Assembly (NCBI GenBank): GCA_963822435.1 | Contig: CAWGHN010000006.1 | Coordinates: 30,307 to 94,306, forward strand | Length of the DNA stretch: 64,000 nucleotides | Direction: 5' to 3' | Source of the DNA: an uncultured Alphaproteobacteria bacterium | Lineage (GTDB): Bacteria; Pseudomonadota; Alphaproteobacteria; Rhodobacterales; Rhodobacteraceae | Shown here: piece by piece, positions 9,154-18,095 of the stretch | How positions within the stretch are numbered: the stretch's first letter is position 1 | How the letters are laid out: every line of letters begins with the position of its first letter | Program-made: the position numbers and the translations under genes | The notes under the pieces: generated by a model | Told to the model about the DNA's origin: nothing | Seen by the model: the letters and a program-made list of their open reading frames with translations, nothing else | Databases searched by the model: none

Positions 9154-10722
9154 TCAGTTTCCGGCCAGTCGCCGGGCAAGCAAGAACCCCGATCCCGCCC
9201 CGGTGCCAGCACCGGGCCAGACGGCGGCCCCGGTCAGGTGCAGGTTCTGGATCGGGGTAGACCCGTCGGCATGGCCGCGGGTGGGGCGGAAAAGGAAGTT
9301 CTGCGCCAGATGATGCGAGCCGCAGACCTGATCGCCGCCGACGAGGTTGGGGTTGTCTGCCTCGAGGTCCATCGGTGTAACCACCAGCTGCGCAAGGATT
9401 TTTGTTCGGGTACCCGGCGCGTAACGCTCTAGGATCGCGAGCGCACGGTCTGCGAAGGGCTCTGCCGCCTGCGCCCAGTCGGTCACGGTGATCGTGCTGG
9501 CTGCGTCGCCCTTGATCGTTCCGGGCGCCATGCGGACCTGTAGCCAGAGGATGTGTTTGCCGTCCGGGGCGCGGGTCGGGTCGATGGCTGTGGGTTGGCC
9601 GACGACGAGGATCGGTTCATCCGGCAAAAGCCCGGCTTGCGCCTGCGCGTAGGTGCGGGCCATCTGGTTGAGGCTGGGGGCGAGATGGACGTAAGCGAAC
9701 TGCTTCAGATCGTCGCCCGCAGCCCAATCGGGCAGGCTGTCCATCGCGAGGTGGATCATCATCGTGCCCGGAGCATGGGTGAAACTGGTCATGGCACGAT
9801 CAAAGGCGGGCGCGGTCGGGCCGGTGAGAGCGGTCAGCGCGCCGGGCGCGGTGCCTGCAATGACCGCGCGGGTGGCCGTAATTTCGCGCCCATCGGCGAG
9901 GCGTATGCCGTGGGCTTTGCCATCGCGGTGCAGGATATCAGTGACCTTTGCGTTGCAGGTGATCGTGGCGCCGCGCACTGCAAGGGCGGCCGTCAGGGCG
10001 CGGGTTACGGTATTGGCCCCGCCTTGGCCGAGGACCATTCCGAACGCCTGCCCGGCCATGCCTTCGAGGTAAGGAAAGAGCCCACCCCCCGCGATATCCG
10101 GTGCAAAATCAAGGTGCATTCCCCATGCGCCGAGCAGCGCTTGCAGGGGTTCGGCTTCGAAAGTCTGGGTTAACCATTGCCGGGGCGAGAGGGTCAGGAA
10201 GCGGGCGAGGTCCAATGTCCCGGCAACGCCACGTTTCCGCAGTGTTTTGAACATGAAATATGCAAGCGCACGTAAATTCATCGGGCTGCCCAAAAGCCCG
10301 AAGATCGTCTCGGCCTCACCCGGAAACGCACTGACGAGGGCCTTCCATGTTTCTGCATCGCGGGCGGAGAAGGCGGCGATGCGGGCGGTGGTGGCCGCAA
10401 GGTCTGTGGAGACGCCCAGCCAGCGGCCATCCGGGAACGCCGAGGCGAAGGGGTTCGCAACAGGTGCGAAGGCAAGGCCGTGGCGCACAAGTTCCGGCCC
10501 GTAGACCTTGAAAAACGGACTTCCGGCGAACAGCGACAGGTTCATCGCGGCCCAGTCGTGCCGGAAACCGGGCAGGGTATATTCGCCCGTCTTGATTGCG
10601 CCGCCCGGTTCTGACGCCTGTTCAAAGATGCCGACGCGCCAGCCCTTTGCCGCCAGATGCAAACCGCAGGCAAGGGCGTTATGCCCCGCCCCGATCAGGA
10701 TTGCATCGAAGGTGTCCGACAT
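9154..10722 (-). CDS. NAD(P)/FAD-dependent oxidoreductase, phytoene-desaturase (CrtI)/amine-oxidase-like family, paralog 1
   Basis: Start at MSDTFDAILIGAGHNALA (dinucleotide-binding GxGxxA). About 520 aa. Shares blocks VGQPTAIDPTR..LWLQ and NLVGGD with the 11716-13272 product. Confidence 0.85.
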   Translation of the reverse strand: MSDTFDAILIGAGHNALACGLHLAAKGWRVGIFEQASEPGGAIKTGEYTLPGFRHDWAAMNLSLFAGSPFFKVYGPELVRHGLAFAPVANPFASAFPDGRWLGVSTDLAATTARIAAFSARDAETWKALVSAFPGEAETIFGLLGSPMNLRALAYFMFKTLRKRGVAGTLDLARFLTLSPRQWLTQTFEAEPLQALLGAWGMHLDFAPDIAGGGLFPYLEGMAGQAFGMVLGQGGANTVTRALTAALAVRGATITCNAKVTDILHRDGKAHGIRLADGREITATRAVIAGTAPGALTALTGPTAPAFDRAMTSFTHAPGTMMIHLAMDSLPDWAAGDDLKQFAYVHLAPSLNQMARTYAQAQAGLLPDEPILVVGQPTAIDPTRAPDGKHILWLQVRMAPGTIKGDAASTITVTDWAQAAEPFADRALAILERYAPGTRTKILAQLVVTPMDLEADNPNLVGGDQVCGSHHLAQNFLFRPTRGHADGSTPIQNLHLTGAAVWPGAGTGAGSGFLLARRLAGN

Positions 10723-10828
10723 TCCGCGCCCCGCTTGACGCGAGGATATTTGCAAACGCATCTAATTCTGTCTAGCATGATTCGACGGAAGGCGACGGAA
10801 TTGCCTTGGGTTTGCACCGGTCTGCAAA

Positions 10829-10860
10829 GCGTCTGGCAAGCGTCTGGCAAGCGTATGGCA
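10829..10860. repeat. Three tandem copies of an 11-nt unit (GCGTCTGGCAA x2, GCGTATGGCA) in a divergent promoter region
   Basis: Read directly: gcgtctggcaa gcgtctggcaa gcgtatggca. Lies between divergent starts 10722 (-) and 10923 (+). Confidence 0.8.
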
Positions 10861-10922
10861 TCCGGCCCGACAAGACACGCACAAAACGGCCCCGAACGGC
10901 TGCAACATAAAGGGAGAGTGAC

Positions 10923-11714
10923 ATGACTTCGGCAACGGTTTTGGCGGACTTCGCCGGGATGCTGGCCTCGGGCGGCATCGAGGTGGTGGATTGCACGGGC
11001 GTGCTTGGCCCGGAAACGCCGCTTCTGAAGCTGCCGCCGGATTTCGCCAAGGACACCCCGCCGATCAAGATTCACCGGATCAGCGAGTATGACAAGGACG
11101 GTCCGTTCTGGGCGTGGAACTGGCTGGAGCTGGGCGAACATTCCGGCACGCATTTCGACGCGCCACACCACTGGATCACCGGCAAGGATTACGCCGACGG
11201 CTACACCGACACACTGCCGGTGCAGCGGCTGGTGGCGCCAGTCAATGTTCTGGACTTTTCGGCCGAGTGCAATGCGAACCCCGATTTCCTGCTGACCATC
11301 GACCATGTCAAGGCGTGGGAAGCCAAGCACGGCGCGATCAATGCGGGCGAGTGGGTCGTGCTGCGGTCGGACTGGGACGCGCGGGCGCATGACGAGGCGC
11401 TGTTTCTGAACGCCAACGAGACCGGGCCGCACACGCCGGGGCCGACCGCCGAGGTGATCGAGTATCTTTTGGCCAAGGGCATCGTCGGCTGGGGCAGCCA
11501 GTGCATCGGCACGGATGCGGGGCAGGCAGGTGGCATGACACCGCCGTTCCCGGCGCACAACCTGTTGCACAAGCACAACCGCTATGGGCTGGCGAGCCTG
11601 GCCAACCTGTCAAAGCTGCCGCCGAAGGGCGCGATCCTGATTGCGGCACCGTTGAAGATCAAGAACGGCACCGGGTCGCCGATCCGCGCGCTGGCCCTTG
11701 TGCCGCGGGGCTGA
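10923..11714 (+). CDS. Cyclase-family metal-dependent hydrolase (kynurenine formamidase / isatin hydrolase family)
   Basis: Motif HSGTHFDAPHHW matches the family HxGTHxDxPxH signature. 263 aa. Confidence 0.85.
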   Translation: MTSATVLADFAGMLASGGIEVVDCTGVLGPETPLLKLPPDFAKDTPPIKIHRISEYDKDGPFWAWNWLELGEHSGTHFDAPHHWITGKDYADGYTDTLPVQRLVAPVNVLDFSAECNANPDFLLTIDHVKAWEAKHGAINAGEWVVLRSDWDARAHDEALFLNANETGPHTPGPTAEVIEYLLAKGIVGWGSQCIGTDAGQAGGMTPPFPAHNLLHKHNRYGLASLANLSKLPPKGAILIAAPLKIKNGTGSPIRALALVPRG

Positions 11715-11715
11715 G

Positions 11716-13272
11716 GTGGCAGCCGATCACATCATCATCGGGTCCGGGATCAACGGCCTGGTTGCCGCAGCGCTTCTGGCGCTGAAGGGCGACCGGGTAA
11801 CGGTTCTGGAACGTGAGGAAGTGATCGGCGGCTGTTTGCGGACGGAGGAGCTGCATCCGGGGTTTGCCCATGACGTGATGGCGGCGACCTGGGTGTTGTT
11901 CATGACCTCGCCTGCCGGGGCGGCGCTGGGCCCGCATCTGGCGCGGCACGGGTTTGAGTATTGCCACACGCCGCACCCGACCGCCGTGTTGCGGCCGGGC
12001 GGCGAGGCGGTGGTGCTGACGATGGATAGGGCGCGGAATGTAAGCGCGCTCAATGCCTTGGCGGCAGGGGATGGCGACAGGTTCGCGGCGGATGTGGGGG
12101 CGGTGGCGGCCGATGCGCCGTTCCTGTTCGCGCTGCTTGGCGGTTCACTGTGGTCTTGGCCAACGGCGAAGCTGATGTTCGGGCAGGTGCGGAAGCGGGG
12201 CTTGCGCGGGGTGGCGGCGTGGTTTGGCCGGGCACTTGATCCCGCGCGGGGCTGGCTGGAGGCGACGTATCAAAGTGCCGGCGCGCAGGCGCTTCTGGCG
12301 CCGTGGGTGCTGCACACCGGGCTGACGCCGGAAAGCACCTACTCGGGGCAGATGGGGCGGGTCATCGCCTTTGCGCTGGAGGCGGCGGGCGCGCCGATCG
12401 TCAAGGGCGGATCGGGGGCCGCGGCGCAGGCATTCCGGCGGCTGATCGAGGCGAAGGGTGGCAGGCTTGTCACCGGAGCGGACGTTGAGCGAATTAACGT
12501 TCACAATGGGCGTGTGGCGGGTGTGACTTTGGCGGACGGTGAGGTGATTGCAGCGCCGTCCGTGTTGGCATCGGTCGCGCCGGGGCAGTTATATGAACGG
12601 CTGCTCGAAAACGTGAACCTGCCAGAGGACAAGGCCGCCGCCAAGGTGTTCCGGCATGGGCGGGGGAATTTCCAGCTGCACTACGCGCTGGATGCAGTGC
12701 CCGAGTGGCTGGCGCCGGGGCTGGGACAGGTGGCGCTGGTTCATCTGGCGGATGGCATTGATTCCGTGTCTAAATCTTCGAACGAGGCGGAGCGTGGGAT
12801 GCTGCCGGCGACGCCGACGATCTGCGTGGGCCAGCCCTCGGCACTGGACCCGACGCGCTGCCCGGAAGGGAAGGCGGTGCTGTGGTTGCAGATCCCCGAT
12901 GCGCCACGCGTGATCAAGGGCGATGCGGCGGGCGAAATCGAGGGCGCGGATTGGGATGCGGTGCGCGAGGCTTTTGCCGACCGGATCGAACGCATATTGG
13001 CGCGTCATATCAAGGGGTTCGACAAGCTGGTGCTGGCGCGGAAGGCCTATTCCCCCAAGGATCTGGAGCGGATGAACGTCAACCTTGTGGGCGGCGATCC
13101 CTACGGTGGGGCGTGCGGCATCGACCAGTTTTTCATCTGGCGGCCGTTTGCGCACAGCACCAATGGCGACACGGCGGTCCGAGGGCTGATGCACATCGGC
13201 GCGTCGACCCATCCGGGCCCGGGCTTGGGTGGCGGATCGGGGTTCAACGCGGCAAAGAGGTTGGGGGCATGA
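11716..13272 (+). CDS. NAD(P)/FAD-dependent oxidoreductase, CrtI/amine-oxidase-like family, paralog 2
   Basis: GTG 11716 sits one nt after the cyclase stop and gives VAADHIIIGSGINGL (GxGxxG). An ATG at 11698 is the alternative start. Collinear with the 9154-10722 product. Confidence 0.85.
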   Translation: MAADHIIIGSGINGLVAAALLALKGDRVTVLEREEVIGGCLRTEELHPGFAHDVMAATWVLFMTSPAGAALGPHLARHGFEYCHTPHPTAVLRPGGEAVVLTMDRARNVSALNALAAGDGDRFAADVGAVAADAPFLFALLGGSLWSWPTAKLMFGQVRKRGLRGVAAWFGRALDPARGWLEATYQSAGAQALLAPWVLHTGLTPESTYSGQMGRVIAFALEAAGAPIVKGGSGAAAQAFRRLIEAKGGRLVTGADVERINVHNGRVAGVTLADGEVIAAPSVLASVAPGQLYERLLENVNLPEDKAAAKVFRHGRGNFQLHYALDAVPEWLAPGLGQVALVHLADGIDSVSKSSNEAERGMLPATPTICVGQPSALDPTRCPEGKAVLWLQIPDAPRVIKGDAAGEIEGADWDAVREAFADRIERILARHIKGFDKLVLARKAYSPKDLERMNVNLVGGDPYGGACGIDQFFIWRPFAHSTNGDTAVRGLMHIGASTHPGPGLGGGSGFNAAKRLGA

Positions 13273-13742
13273 ACGACGAAACCCCCATACCATCGCTGCG
13301 GCTGGGCGAGATCGGGCTGTGGAATTATCCGCCCTATCTGATGAACCGGATCATGGGGCGGTATAACGCCAGCCTGCGGGAAGAAATGGCGGGCTTGGGG
13401 CTTTCCACGCCGAAGATGCGGGCGCTGGCGGTGCTGTCGGTGGTGGAGACGCCGCTGATCCGGGAATTGGCGGTCTATACGGTGACGGACCCTTCGACGC
13501 TGAGCCGGGCGCTCGATCAGTTGCAGGCCGAAGGGCTGATCCGGCGCGAAGCGGATGCGACCGACAGCCGCGCGGTGCGGGTGGTCATCACCGAAGCGGG
13601 GCGCGCCGCGTTCGACGCGCTTTGGCCGCAGATGGCGCAGGCCAACGCGCGGATGTTTCGCGGCATACCCGAAGATGAGCGGCGGGCCTTTGTGGGCACG
13701 CTGCAGAAGATGCTGACGAACATCAGAAAGCATGAGATCTGA
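13269..13742 (+). CDS. MarR-family transcriptional regulator
   Basis: ATGA overlap with the preceding gene. Winged-helix region LSTPKMRALAVLSVVETPLIRELAVYTVTDPSTLSRALDQLQAEGLIRR. Confidence 0.85.
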   Translation: MNDETPIPSLRLGEIGLWNYPPYLMNRIMGRYNASLREEMAGLGLSTPKMRALAVLSVVETPLIRELAVYTVTDPSTLSRALDQLQAEGLIRREADATDSRAVRVVITEAGRAAFDALWPQMAQANARMFRGIPEDERRAFVGTLQKMLTNIRKHEI

Positions 13743-13743
13743 C

Positions 13744-15882
13744 ATGGCAGAACGCAGCTTCAAGGCCGAAGTTCAGGACCTGCGCAAGGGCGTGGGCGAT
13801 ACCTTCACCGGCGAGGGTATCCTTGCGATCACCAAGGCGCTTCTGGAAAACGGCGTCGGCTATGTCGGCGGCTATCAGGGCGCGCCGATCAGCCATCTGA
13901 TGGATGTGCTGGCCGATGCCGAGGAATTGCTGGGTGAGCTTGGTGTGCGGTTCGAGGCCAACGCCAACGAGGCGGCGGCGGCGGCGATGCTGGCGGCAAG
14001 CGTGCATTATCCGATTCGGGGGGCGGTGACGTTCAAGGGGCCGGTGGGGGTGAACGTGGCCTCGGACGCGCTGGCGAACCTTTCGTCTTCGGGGGTGACG
14101 GGCGGTGCCCTGGTGATCCTTGGCGAGGATTACGGCGAGGGGTCTTCGATCATGCAGGAACGGAGCCACGCCTTTGCGATGAAGTCGCAGTTCTGGCTGC
14201 TCGATCCCCGCCCGAACCTGCCGTCGATCGTGAAGGCGGTGGGGGATGGGTTTGCCTTGAGCGAGGCGTCGAACAGCCCGGTGATGCTGACGATGCGGAT
14301 TCGGTCCTGCCATGTGACGGGGACGTTCGAGACGAAAGACAACCAGCGCCCGCCGCTGTCGGTGAAGGAGGCGCTGAGCCATCCGCGCAGCGATTTCAAC
14401 CGGGTCGTGCTGCCGCCGATGTCTTATGTGCATGAGCAGGACAAGGTGAAGAACCGCTGGCCGGCGGCGGAGAGGTTCATCATCGAGCACAAGCTGAACG
14501 AGGTGTTCGGGGGGGACGGCTCGGTCGGGATCGTCTGTCAGGGCGGCATGTACAACGGTGTCATCCGTGCATTGCAGCGGCTGGGGCTGGCGGACATCTA
14601 TGGCGAAACGCAGGTGCCGATCTATTGCCTGAACGTGACCTATCCCTTGATTTCCAGCGAGTTTCTGGCGTTCACGCAAAACAAGCATTCGGTGCTGGTG
14701 ATCGAGGAAGGCCAGCCGGAGTTCATTGAGACCCAGCTTGGGTCGTTTTTGTACCGCGCGGGCAGCCATGTGCGGCTGTATGGCAAGGGCATGTTCCCGA
14801 TGGCCGGGGAATACACCGGGCAGGTGATGCTGGACGGGATCAGCGCCTTCCTCAAATCGGCGGCACCCGACCTGTTGCCCGCGACCGTGCGCGCGCCGAA
14901 CATGGACCGGCCTGCCATTCCGGATCTGTCGAAGACCGTGCCGATCCGCCCGCCCGGGTTCTGCACCGGCTGCCCGGAGCGGCCGATCTTTGCCGCGATG
15001 AAGCTGGTCGAGAAGGAATTGGGCAAGCACCAGATCGCCGCCGATATCGGCTGCCATCTGTTCGGGTCGCTGCCACCGTTCGAAATCGGTGGCGCGACGA
15101 TGGGCTATGGCCTTGGTCCGGCGGCCAACGGCGCGTTCGATGGCGGGGGCGAGAAACGGCCGATTGCGATCATCGGGGATGGGGGGTTCTGGCACAACGG
15201 GCTGAACTCTTCGATCACCAACATGGTGTTCAACAAGTCGGACGGCGTGGTGATGGTGGTGGACAACTTCTATTCCGCCGCAACGGGTGGGCAGGACGTG
15301 ATGTCGAGCCGTGCCGACAACGCGACGAAGGCGACGCAGAACCCGATATCGAAGGCGCTGAAAGGCGTGGGGGTGGAGTGGGTGCGGCAGATCGACCACA
15401 CCTATGACGTGAAGAAGATGCGCGACACCCTGCGCGAGGCCCTGACAACCGATGCCAAGGGGCCGAAGGTGATCGTGGCCTCCAGCGAGTGCATGTTGAA
15501 CAAGCAGCGGCGGGAAAAGCCGTTGAAGGCGGCGGCGATCAAGGAAGGTCGGCGGGTCGAGGCGCCGCGCTTTGGAGTTGATGAGGAGGTCTGCACCGGG
15601 GATCACGCCTGCATCCGCCTGTCGGGCTGCCCGTCGCTGTCGTTGAAGCGGTTGGACGATCCGCTCAGGGATGATCCGGTGGCGTCGATCGACCAATCCT
15701 GCGTCGGCTGCGGCAACTGTGGCGAGGTGGCGGATGCGGCCGTTCTTTGCCCCAGCTTCTACCGGGCGGATGTGGTGCATAACCCGTCGCCGATGGAGGC
15801 GCGGCTGGCGCGGTGGCGGGCACGGGTGATCGGCTGGTTGCAGGCGCGCCGCAGTGCCGGGCGGTTGGAGTTCACGGCATGA
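13744..15882 (+). CDS. iorA: Indolepyruvate/aryl-2-oxoacid:ferredoxin oxidoreductase, alpha subunit
   Basis: N-terminus GEGILAITKALLENGVGYVGGYQGAPISHL, TPP motif GDGGFWHNG, C-terminal ferredoxin cysteines CVGCGNCGEV..LCPS. Confidence 0.9.
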   Translation: MAERSFKAEVQDLRKGVGDTFTGEGILAITKALLENGVGYVGGYQGAPISHLMDVLADAEELLGELGVRFEANANEAAAAAMLAASVHYPIRGAVTFKGPVGVNVASDALANLSSSGVTGGALVILGEDYGEGSSIMQERSHAFAMKSQFWLLDPRPNLPSIVKAVGDGFALSEASNSPVMLTMRIRSCHVTGTFETKDNQRPPLSVKEALSHPRSDFNRVVLPPMSYVHEQDKVKNRWPAAERFIIEHKLNEVFGGDGSVGIVCQGGMYNGVIRALQRLGLADIYGETQVPIYCLNVTYPLISSEFLAFTQNKHSVLVIEEGQPEFIETQLGSFLYRAGSHVRLYGKGMFPMAGEYTGQVMLDGISAFLKSAAPDLLPATVRAPNMDRPAIPDLSKTVPIRPPGFCTGCPERPIFAAMKLVEKELGKHQIAADIGCHLFGSLPPFEIGGATMGYGLGPAANGAFDGGGEKRPIAIIGDGGFWHNGLNSSITNMVFNKSDGVVMVVDNFYSAATGGQDVMSSRADNATKATQNPISKALKGVGVEWVRQIDHTYDVKKMRDTLREALTTDAKGPKVIVASSECMLNKQRREKPLKAAAIKEGRRVEAPRFGVDEEVCTGDHACIRLSGCPSLSLKRLDDPLRDDPVASIDQSCVGCGNCGEVADAAVLCPSFYRADVVHNPSPMEARLARWRARVIGWLQARRSAGRLEFTA

Positions 15883-17405
15883 CGCTGCAATCGCCGATGC
15901 TGCCGGTGCCTGCCGGGACGGATGGGATGATCAAGCTCGCGGTGTTGGCGGTGGGTGGTCAGGGCGGCGGCGTGCTGACCGGCTGGATCGAGACTCTGGC
16001 GCGGGCAAATGGCTATGTCTGCCAGGCGACGTCCGTGGCGGGGGTGGCGCAGCGGACGGGGGCCACGGTCTATTACGTGGAGATGGCACCTGCGACGGGG
16101 CGGGTGCCGGTGTTCAGCCTGATGCCGGCGGCGGGTGATGTGGACGTGATGATCACCGCCGAGATGATGGAGGCGGGGCGGTCGATCATTCGCGGCTTCG
16201 TGACGCCGGACCGCACGGTGCTGATCACCTCGACCCACCGGGCGCTGGCGGTGAGCGAGAAGACGGTGCCGGGGGATGGCATCGCGTCGAGCGAGGAGGT
16301 GATTGCGGCGGCGGAGGTGGCGGCGCAGCGGTTCATCGCGGCGGATTTCGATGCGGTGGCGGTGAAGACCGGGTCGGTGATTTCGGCGACGCTCTTTGGG
16401 GCGCTGGCGGCTTCGGGGGCGCTGCCGTTTGCGCGCGAGGCGTTTGAGGCGGCGATCCGGGCGGGGGGCAAAGGCGTGGACGCCTCGGTCCGGGCGTTTG
16501 GCGCGGGGTATGAGGCGGCGCTGGCGGAGGTGCCGGAGGCGGCGGTGCCGGTGGCGAAGGGCGCTTCGGTGGCGGGCCCGGCGCGGAAGCTGGCGGAGTG
16601 GGAGCGGCTGGTGGCGCGGGTGGAAGCCCTGCCTGCGGCGGTGGCGGAACTGGCCGCGCCGGGGTTGCGCAAGGTGGTGGACTTTCAGGATCTGGCTTAC
16701 GGGGCGGAGTATCTGGGGCGGATCGAGGGGCTGGTGGCGCGGGATGCTGCCCCCTTCGAAGTCGCGCGCGAGGCGGCGAAGTATGTCGCCAACGCGATGG
16801 CCTATGACGACGTGATCCGGGTCGCGGACCTGAAAACGCGGGGGCGGCGGTTCGAGCGGATCCGGGGCGAGATGGGGGTACGCGAGGCGCAGGTGATGCA
16901 GCTGACCGAGTTCTTCCACCCGCGGGCGGAGGAGATCGCGGGGCTGATGCCGGCAGGTCTGGGCGCGCGGGTGCAGGCGAGCCCGGTGTGGATGGCGCGG
17001 CTGGAGCGGTGGTTCAGCAAGGGGCGGCGTTTGCGGACGGACAGTCTGGCGGCTTACCTGACCTTGTATGCGATCGGGGGGCTGCGGGGGTGGCGGCGGC
17101 GGACGCTGCGGCACGCGCAGGAGGTGGCACATCTGGAGGGGTGGCTTGCCGTGGCGCTGGGCTATCTGGAGAGCGACCGGGCACTGGCGGTGGAGGTGGT
17201 GCGCTGTCGGCGGCTGGTGAAGGGCTATTCGGACACCCATGCGCGGGGGCTGTCGAAGTTTGACCGGGTGCTGGCGGGGATTGCCCTCGTGGCCGGGCGG
17301 GACGATGCGGCGGCTTGGGCCGCGCGGTTGCGGGAGGCGGCGTTGAAGGATGAAGAGGGCAAGGCGCTGGAGGGCGCGCTGGCGACGATCCGGAGTTTTG
17401 TCTGA
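15879..17405 (+). CDS. iorB: Indolepyruvate oxidoreductase, beta subunit family
   Basis: ATGA overlap with iorA. Start MTLQSPMLPVP. KLAVLAVGGQGGGVLTGW is typical of the gamma/beta-type domain. Confidence 0.9.
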   Translation: MTLQSPMLPVPAGTDGMIKLAVLAVGGQGGGVLTGWIETLARANGYVCQATSVAGVAQRTGATVYYVEMAPATGRVPVFSLMPAAGDVDVMITAEMMEAGRSIIRGFVTPDRTVLITSTHRALAVSEKTVPGDGIASSEEVIAAAEVAAQRFIAADFDAVAVKTGSVISATLFGALAASGALPFAREAFEAAIRAGGKGVDASVRAFGAGYEAALAEVPEAAVPVAKGASVAGPARKLAEWERLVARVEALPAAVAELAAPGLRKVVDFQDLAYGAEYLGRIEGLVARDAAPFEVAREAAKYVANAMAYDDVIRVADLKTRGRRFERIRGEMGVREAQVMQLTEFFHPRAEEIAGLMPAGLGARVQASPVWMARLERWFSKGRRLRTDSLAAYLTLYAIGGLRGWRRRTLRHAQEVAHLEGWLAVALGYLESDRALAVEVVRCRRLVKGYSDTHARGLSKFDRVLAGIALVAGRDDAAAWAARLREAALKDEEGKALEGALATIRSFV

Positions 17406-17509
17406 TGTCCCACAGTGGGACAGTGGTCGAGATAGAGTGATTTCAAGGGGTTGGTAAGGCACTTAACCGTTTGTTAAGGGTTGGAACGTGGCTCGCGCCC
17501 CCCACCCTC

Positions 17510-17545
17510 TCCCTCCCCCACGAGGGGGGAGGGACGCGCCTTTTT
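17510..17545 (+). terminator. Rho-independent terminator candidate downstream of iorB
   Basis: TCCCTCCCCC (17510-17519) pairs with GGGGGAGGGA (17525-17534), followed by CGCGCCTTTTT. Confidence 0.5.
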
Positions 17546-17579
17546 GGTTGGGTGCGGCCCGTGTCGGACGCCGGGCCGT

Positions 17580-18086
17580 TCAGGCGGTAAGGCTGCGGTA
17601 GGCGCCGTTCCAGTAGATCAGGGCGCCGGCGTCCGGTGTCTTGCGGATCGCCTGAACCCGGCCGATCAGGATGGTGTGGGTGGCGCGGTCGATCATTTCC
17701 TCGACCGTGCAGTCGAAGGCGGTGGGCGCGCCTTTCAGAAGGCGCGCGCCGGTGACGGCGGTTTCCCATTCGGCGCCTTCGTAGCGGGCCGCGCCCTTGA
17801 TCCCGCCAAAGCCGGAGAAGCGTTCGGCGACGGGCTGATGCGCGGCACCGAGCGAGGACCATCCGAAGCGCCCCTCGTCCCGCAGGATCGGGATCGAGGA
17901 GGAGGTGAGGTTGACGCAGGCCAAGAGGAGCGGCGGTTCGGCGGACAGCGAGATCGCCGACGTCACGACGAGGCCGGAGGAGGCGTCACCGCTGCCCACG
18001 GTGATGACGCTGACGTTGCCGACAAAGGCGCGCATCGCATCGCGGAATTCCTTGGCGGGCAGGTCGGTGGGCAAACGGTTCGGCAT
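17580..18086 (-). CDS. Flavin reductase family protein (FMN-binding split-barrel)
   Basis: FRDAMRAFVGNVSVITVGSGDASSGLVVTSAISLSAEPPLLLACVN is typical of the HpaC/flavin reductase family. Confidence 0.85.
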   Translation of the reverse strand: MPNRLPTDLPAKEFRDAMRAFVGNVSVITVGSGDASSGLVVTSAISLSAEPPLLLACVNLTSSSIPILRDEGRFGWSSLGAAHQPVAERFSGFGGIKGAARYEGAEWETAVTGARLLKGAPTAFDCTVEEMIDRATHTILIGRVQAIRKTPDAGALIYWNGAYRSLTA

Positions 18087-18095
18087 GGTCGCTCC

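Noticed and set aside
10801-10860. Sigma-54 promoter (TGGCA-type strings within the 11-nt repeats)
   Set aside because: The TGGCA repeats are spaced 11 nt apart, and no properly spaced TTGC(A/T) -12 element follows a GG -24 element on either strand. The repeats are more simply read as iterated binding sites.
13723-17462. Two long minus-strand ORFs (685 and 567 aa)
   Set aside because: They are antisense to iorA and iorB, whose products carry clear TPP and ferredoxin motifs. The antisense products are low-complexity and R/P/H-rich, which is a high-GC artefact.
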